DNA of 64,000 nucleotides from Eledone cirrhosa. Lineage: Eukaryota. The notes beneath the pieces were generated by a model that saw only the letters and a program-made list of their open reading frames with translations, ran no database searches and was not told where the DNA came from. This document shows positions 57,801-64,000 of this stretch, piece by piece; the first letter of the stretch is position 1, and each line of letters begins with the position of its first letter. Location: positions 2,542,001 through 2,606,000 of the forward strand of contig OZ024761.1 in the NCBI GenBank assembly GCA_964016885.1. Direction: 5' to 3'. Position numbers and translations under genes: made by a program.

Positions 57801-58652
57801 CACACACAGACAGGCACACACAGACAGGCACACACACACAGACAGGCACACACAGACAGGCACACACAGAAAGGCACACACACAGACAGGCACACACAGA
57901 CAGGCACACACACACAGACAGGCACACACAGACAGGCACACACACACAGACAGGCACACACAGACAGGCACACACACAGACAGGCACACACAGAAAGGCA
58001 CACACAGACAGGCACACACAGACAGGCACACACACAGACAGGTACACACACCGACAGGCACACACAGAAAGGCACACACACAGACAGGCACACACAGACA
58101 TACACACACACAGACAAGCACACACAGACAGGCACACACACAGACAGGCACACACAGACAGGCACACACACACAGACAGGCACACACAGACAGGCACACA
58201 CAGACAGGCACACACAGACAGGCACACACAGAAAGGCACACACACAGACAGGCACACACAGACATACACACACACAGACAAGCACACACAGACAGGCACA
58301 CACACAGACAGGCACACACAGACAGGCACACACACAGACAGGCACACACAGACAGGCACACACAGACAGGCACACACAGACATACACACACAGACAGGCA
58401 CACACAGACAGGCACACACAGACAGGCACACACAGACAGACAGGCACACACACACAGACAGGCACACACAGACAGGCACACACAGACAGGCACACACACA
58501 CAGACAGGCACACACAGACATACACACACACAGACAGGTACACACACAGACAGGCACACACACCGACAGGCACACACACAGACAGACACACACACAGACA
58601 GGCACACACACAGACAGGTACACACACAGACAGGCACACACACACAGACAGC
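54843..58652. repeat. Compound microsatellite (CA)nGACAGG, ~3.8 kb
   Basis: Directly visible. It is the source of the 1200-1300 aa spurious ORFs. Confidence 0.98.
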
Positions 58653-58930
58653 CACTTGCCAGTCATAAGTCTCTTGATGTTGTTCTGGAATGTAGAGAGC
58701 TTCTGAAGTGACCTTGTCATCCAATTAACACAGTCAAGACCATATAACACAACAGGTAGGATGTAAGTATCAAAGATCTTAGCCTTCAAATGATAGGAAA
58801 CTCGTTTTGATGTTAGTACTTCCTTGTTCTTGTTGAAAGCTGCACAACCTAGAGTGATGTGATACCGCACAGCGACCATTCCGTTGTTGTTTGATGATAG
58901 TTTGTGACCGAGATATACAAACTCCGTAAT
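58653..58930 (-). mobile_element. RTE-like LINE RT C-terminal fragment
   Basis: Reads EFVYLGHKLS...[22 protein letters not shown]...[10 protein letters not shown]. Confidence 0.75.
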
Positions 58931-59364
58931 GCACAGTGGTTGATTTAATCGACTTTCCCCTCCTAAAATTGCTGGCCTTGTGCCTATAGTAGAAACAATT
59001 ATCTTTATTCGATATAACATTCACAAATTTACGTATCCGCTATGTTAGAGCGAAAAATTAAATTCTAACAATAAAACTATTTTCAGACTTTTACCATATA
59101 ACTGAAGCAGGAAAGACAGGAGTTAGAATTGTATAAAATATAAAATTAAATAAAAAGTAAAAACTAAAATAAAATGACATTGTGTCCCTGTGAAATAATT
59201 AGTATTTTAAGTAGTTTTTCTATATATTTTATATTTTTTATATTTTTACTTTTACGTTTTTATAATTCCAAGTCACTAAATTTACAATTTTGTATTTTAA
59301 AATCTCAAACCTAATTTTTACAATATTTATTCAACATCAAGTTATAACAGCAGACATTTTTTCT

Positions 59365-59648
59365 TGATTGTTGTTGTTGTTGGTGTTGCTGTTATTGTTT
59401 TGCTGCTGTTGTTGTTGCTGCTATTGTTGTCGTTGCTGTCGTTGCTGTCGTTGCTGTCGTTGCTGCTTTGTTGTTGTTGCTGTCGTTGTTGTTCCTGTTA
59501 TTGTTGTTGCTGCTTTGTTGTTGCTGCTTTGTTGTTGTTGTCGTTGTTGTTGTTGTTGCTGTTTTTGTTGTTGTTGTCGTTGTTGTTGTTGTTGTGGTTG
59601 TTGTAGTTGTCATTGTTATTGCTGTTGTTGCTGTTGCTGCTGTTGCTA
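59365..59648. repeat. (GTT/GCT)n microsatellite
   Basis: Directly visible. Confidence 0.95.
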
Positions 59649-59795
59649 CTATTACAGTTATTTGGTATTTGCTATAAATCTGCTGCAGACATTAGACTAT
59701 ATTTCACTTGCTTTAAGTTATTTATTCAACAAACTATTTAGTTTATTGTAGCAGTTAAAGTTGAGAATGCAGAGAGATTGGGACTTTTAAACATT

Positions 59796-59985
59796 AATTG
59801 TTTCTACTATTGGCACAAGGCCAGCAATTACCCAGTACATTACTGGTACTTTATTTTATCGACCCCGTAAGGATGAAAGACAAAGTTAACCTCGGCGGGA
59901 TTTGAACTCAGAATGGCAACGGCCGTAACTCTATGCGTCAAAGCATGGTGTCCGACCCTCTACCGATACTGCCAATTCACCACCC
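59796..59985 (-). mobile_element. SINE copy with probable target-site duplication
   Basis: Same family as 8545-8760. CTTTTAAACATTAAT flanks both sides (59784-59798 and 59987-60001). Confidence 0.88.
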
Positions 59986-60058
59986 TCTTTTAAACATTAA
60001 TGGTGCAGATTCATATCTTTTCCTGAAACACCTTATTGTGAAACAACATTTAGTTACC

Positions 60059-60089
<31 letters not shown>

Positions 60090-60828
60090 TGTATGTATGT
60101 ATGTATGTATGTATGTATGTATGTCAGGTCACCAGTTGGTGCTACTGGTAACATGTATGCCAGTACAACCTGTCTCATGGTCGGATCGTTGGCGACTAAA
60201 CTGGCAACCCCACCAAGGTTTCTTGGTGAGGAGGGTGACTTTGGACATCCTGCAGGACTAAAAACAAAACCTGTCAAAGGGCAAAGCTCTTAAGAGTCAA
60301 TGGCCATCCAAAAATCACCGGGAGAGATGACCCCTTAGCCTTTGTCAAGGCAGAATTCTAGGAGAAGGAAAACTCTGATATAACACCTGCAACCCTGATG
60401 GCATCCAATGATGTTGACTTGTTCTTCTTTTTGGTAAATATCATCTTGGTTAAGAGAGTGGGACTGGCTTTGGGCAGTGCCTTTGCTCACTATAAAAGTT
60501 TCACGACACAGGCATTGCTTTATGTCTGGAAATCTCTCTGCACTTGTCATCACATGGTACCATGGGCCTAGCACTATGTGTCAATAATTGTCACAAGTGT
60601 AGTGTTTGTACCAGAGTTTTCAAGTCGCTGGCTGGACTAAAGAGTCACACTCGTTCAGCGCATCGGTAGGGTTCTCCTATATGGATATAAAGTAGTGGCC
60701 GTACTCGAAGACGAGTTGGCAGCCACCATGTATGTATGTATGTAAAAGGTAAACAGAAATAACAACACAATCGGTACAGTATATAGAAGGAATATATTAG
60801 GTTAACGCTTGATATAGCAGGAGGAGGG

Positions 60829-60864
60829 TCTTCACGTTTCGGACGCTAGTTCTTCATCAGAAGA
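60829..60864 (-). ncRNA. Degenerate minimal hammerhead
   Basis: Reverse complement: TCTT-CTGATGA-A-GAACtagcGTCC-GAAA-CG-TG-AAGA. The cleavage-site nucleotide is G, which is non-canonical. Confidence 0.55.
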
Positions 60865-60962
60865 AAGAATGAGAAATAAGATAGATTGAGGGGACGGGTG
60901 GGATGGAATTGGAAAAAAATGTCTTTAGATAAAAAATAACAGGTCTATTTATGCTGACATCT

Positions 60963-61024
<62 letters not shown>

Positions 61025-61028
<4 letters not shown>

Positions 61029-61208
61029 TAAAAGGAAAAGAAAATGCTGACAAATTGTTCACAGTGAAAAATAGTTTAATTAGGAATAAGTGAAAATTAG
61101 TAATAGTATTGGTTAGTATTCAGTTTTGGTTTTAAGTTTTACCGGTTGCGCATTTCTAATGCTTTTCAAAAATAATTTTGAGATAGAGCGTCCGTGATGT
61201 TTGCTCTA
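61025..61208 (-). mobile_element. Second copy of the 52981 repeat
   Basis: Shares TTGGTAAA..GAAAATGCTGACAAATTGTTCACAG...ACCGGTTGCGCATTTCT with 52981. Both copies abut (TA)n at the same position. Confidence 0.75.
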
Positions 61209-61305
61209 ATATATATATATATATATATAAGCATCGGTCCTATTTTCTGTGTAAGTGGGTATATCTGTTTGAGTGCAATAGTAGGGCTACTTTTGTGTGT
61301 ATGTA

Positions 61306-61339
<34 letters not shown>

Positions 61340-61454
61340 CACACGTATATTCATGTGCGTATCATTTCATGTGTCTGCGTGCGCGTGTGTTGATGTGTGA
61401 GCTGGACATTCAAAGCCTATCTTTTGTTCATACTGAGCGTAATAATAATAATAA

Positions 61455-61588
61455 TAATTTTCTACTTTTGGCCCAAGGCCAGCAATTACCCCAGTGCATT
61501 ACTGGTACTTTATTTTATCGACCACGTAAGGATGAAAGGCAAAGTTAACCTCGGCGGGATTTGAACTCAGATCATAAAGGGACGTTGT
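61455..61588 (-). mobile_element. SINE copy (truncated)
   Basis: Same family as 8545-8760. Confidence 0.8.
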
Positions 61589-61589
61589 G

Positions 61590-61826
61590 ATACATATATA
61601 TATATGTATATATATATGTATATATATGTATATATATGTATATATATGTATATGTATATATATGTATATATATGTATATATATATGTATATATGTGTATA
61701 TATATGTATATATATGTGTATATATATGTATATATATGTATATATATGTATATATATATGTGTATATGTATATGTATATATATATGTATATATGTATATG
61801 TATATATATATGTATGTATATATATG

Positions 61827-61899
<73 letters not shown>

Positions 61900-61944
61900 G
61901 TATATATATGTATATATATATATGTATATATATGTATATATATG

Positions 61945-61979
<35 letters not shown>

Positions 61980-62205
61980 ATATATGTATGTATATATGTA
62001 TGTATATATGTATATATATGAATATGTATATATATATATGTATATATGTATATATATGTATATATATATGTATATATATGTATATATATATATGTATATA
62101 TGTATATATATGTATATATATATATGTATATATGTATATATATGTACATATATATATGTATATGTATATATATATATGTACATATAAAAGTTTACATATA
62201 TATAA
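61590..62205. repeat. (TA)n/(TATG) tract
   Basis: Directly visible. Confidence 0.97.
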
Positions 62206-62370
62206 AGTCATAGATATATTTTATCTAGTGGTTTATATATCTAAGGTATATATTTTATCTAGTGATTCTAAAGACATGTTTTATGATATATATATATCTA
62301 TATATATATGTGTCTTATTAAAAAAAATATATATATGTTTATTTGGTCTGCACCCTCCATCTCAACTCTA

Positions 62371-62406
62371 CTTTTGAAAAGCAAAAGAACTGCGAAACCG
62401 GCAAAG
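62371..62406 (+). ncRNA. Minimal hammerhead with U3-A8 core, cleavage site mutated
   Basis: CTT-TTGAAAA-GCAaaagaacTGC-GAAA-CCGG-CA-AAG. Confidence 0.5.
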
Positions 62407-62536
62407 GAACAAAATAAATATATATATATTTTTTTAAATAAGACTCCAGATGCATTTTCGATTTCATCTTTTTTTCTTTATACTTTTACTCGTGTAGGAC
62501 AGCTCGGTTTTTTTCATTTTGTAAAAAAAACCTCAC

Positions 62537-62598
<62 letters not shown>

Positions 62599-62623
62599 TA
62601 ATATGCATAAGAGAAGTATATAC

Positions 62624-62710
62624 GTTCAACAATCTGGCAGGAAGGTATACGTTGCTGACGATATCTAATAAGTTTGAAACTAGTACAGCGTTCCTTTGTC
62701 AGTGTTGAAC
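62624..62710 (+). ncRNA. Type I hammerhead ribozyme with long stem I
   Basis: ACGTTG-CTGACGA-TATCTaataAGTTT-GAAA-CTAG-TA-CAGCGT. Stem I extends through AAGG/CCTT, CTGGCA/TGTCAG and GTTCAACA/TGTTGAAC. Stem II is weak. Confidence 0.75.
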
Positions 62711-62953
62711 AAACGAGCAACGATAGTTGCTAGACACTACGGCTTAATACGGGATGTTTGTTTACAAACACACCGAGCATTATAATAAATGTTCGGTGAA
62801 TCCATACGTACATATATATATGTGTGCATGTATGTATATATATATACATACTACTTTACGTCTGTATACATATATGTATGTACGTGTACATACTTATATT
62901 TAAGTAACAGCCGTACTAAGAGTGGGAAATGGAATTTCGTTTCATTTTTTCCG

Positions 62954-63026
<73 letters not shown>

Positions 63027-63033
63027 GTATATG

Positions 63034-63569
63034 CCTCTCTAGTAACATTGTCACATAACATCACAGCTTCAAATTTAGCTAAACTACCTAGCCGTAGGAA
63101 CACGTGCAACCCTGTAGTTAGTACTAACTGTAATTGTAGGAATCGGGTTGACTGCCCCCTATCCGCGAAATACCTCTCTAGTAACATTGTCTACAAATGT
63201 AAGGTTGAAACACCCACGTCCCGTAAGGCCTACATAGGGTTAATCACCAATAGATTCAAGCAGCGTCTTTACATGCATACCCATTCTTTTCGTTACCTTT
63301 TAAGAAGGAATATGACGTCACTTTCAGCTTATATATGGAGTCTAAAAGACAACCACACCCAATATAAGTTACACTGGGAGATCCTAGCTAGGGCTAGATC
63401 GTATAACGGAAATAAAAGACCATGTGACCTCTGCGCCGCTGACTCCCTGGAAATACTCTACGCCACAGACCACATCTTAAACAAAAAATCTGGGGGAATT
63501 TCGGCTTGTAAACATAAATTGCACAAAACTTTCCTGTATTACAGCCCAACATTATACCCTATCGGATAG
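63034..63569 (+). mobile_element. Penelope-like (Naiad-like) GIY-YIG endonuclease fragment, 5'-truncated, starting at (TA)n
   Basis: Reads CNCRNRVDCPL...IVYKCKV...AYIGL..NRFKQR..MH..SF...TSLSAYIWSLK...WEIL...CDLC...ILNKK...ACKH. Confidence 0.8.
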
Positions 63570-64000
63570 TACGATCTATACGTGGATATTTTACGTCTTG
63601 ATGTGGGAGCTAAGTATATGTTTTGTTTATACCATTACTTATTTGCATAGGTAAGTATATATTACCCGTATGTTTCGTGAAGGTACGTATACCTTCTCGT
63701 ACGTATATTTGATTGTTTATCTTATGGCGTAAAATATTTTTATTTTTTTTATTCTGGTACATATGGTTTGGCTATGTGTATACGGGAGTTTTGCGTCTGT
63801 GTGAGTATGCAGGTTCGTACGTATGTAGGGTGTGTGTATATGTGTACTTCATGTTTTGGTTGACTTACGTCTCCGAACATTCGGGTATTTACATGTAGGT
63901 ATGTGTGTGCGCTTGTTATATACGTATTTATTTATTTATATATGTTTATATAATTATTTATTTATTTGTATACACGCATACACACACATATTTATATGTG

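Noticed and set aside
54705-59020. 850-1340 aa Cys/Val- or Thr/His-rich ORFs
   Set aside because: The (CA)nGACAGG repeat lacks stop codons in most frames on both strands.
60127-60720. Possible RTE 5' UTR or LINE remnant
   Set aside because: Only a vague resemblance, with no translatable motif to support a call.

Overview
Repeat-rich animal genomic DNA. The SINE/LINE families resemble those of octopod cephalopods; this is an inference. The only host gene seen is three spliced exons of a furin-activated matrix metalloproteinase (+ strand, 8035-13307). They are followed by an ~18.7 kb 20-bp minisatellite and a 200-N scaffold gap. The rest is minisatellites and microsatellites, tRNA-derived SINEs, decayed RTE/CR1/CRE LINE pieces and Penelope-like elements (PLEs; RT plus GIY-YIG). 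Nearly all long ORFs in the track are translated simple repeats. The main hidden signal is about 15 hammerhead ribozyme (HHR) motifs found by eye, some intact and some degenerate. Several lie in four unrelated, non-coding ~320-630 bp elements sharing one PLE-like architecture: partial tandem repeat, usually a 5' inverted segment, inserted in (TA)n. Three families carry a compensatory U3-A8 catalytic core. These look like a diverse set of retrozyme-like, non-autonomous ribozyme retroelements next to candidate autonomous PLE partners.
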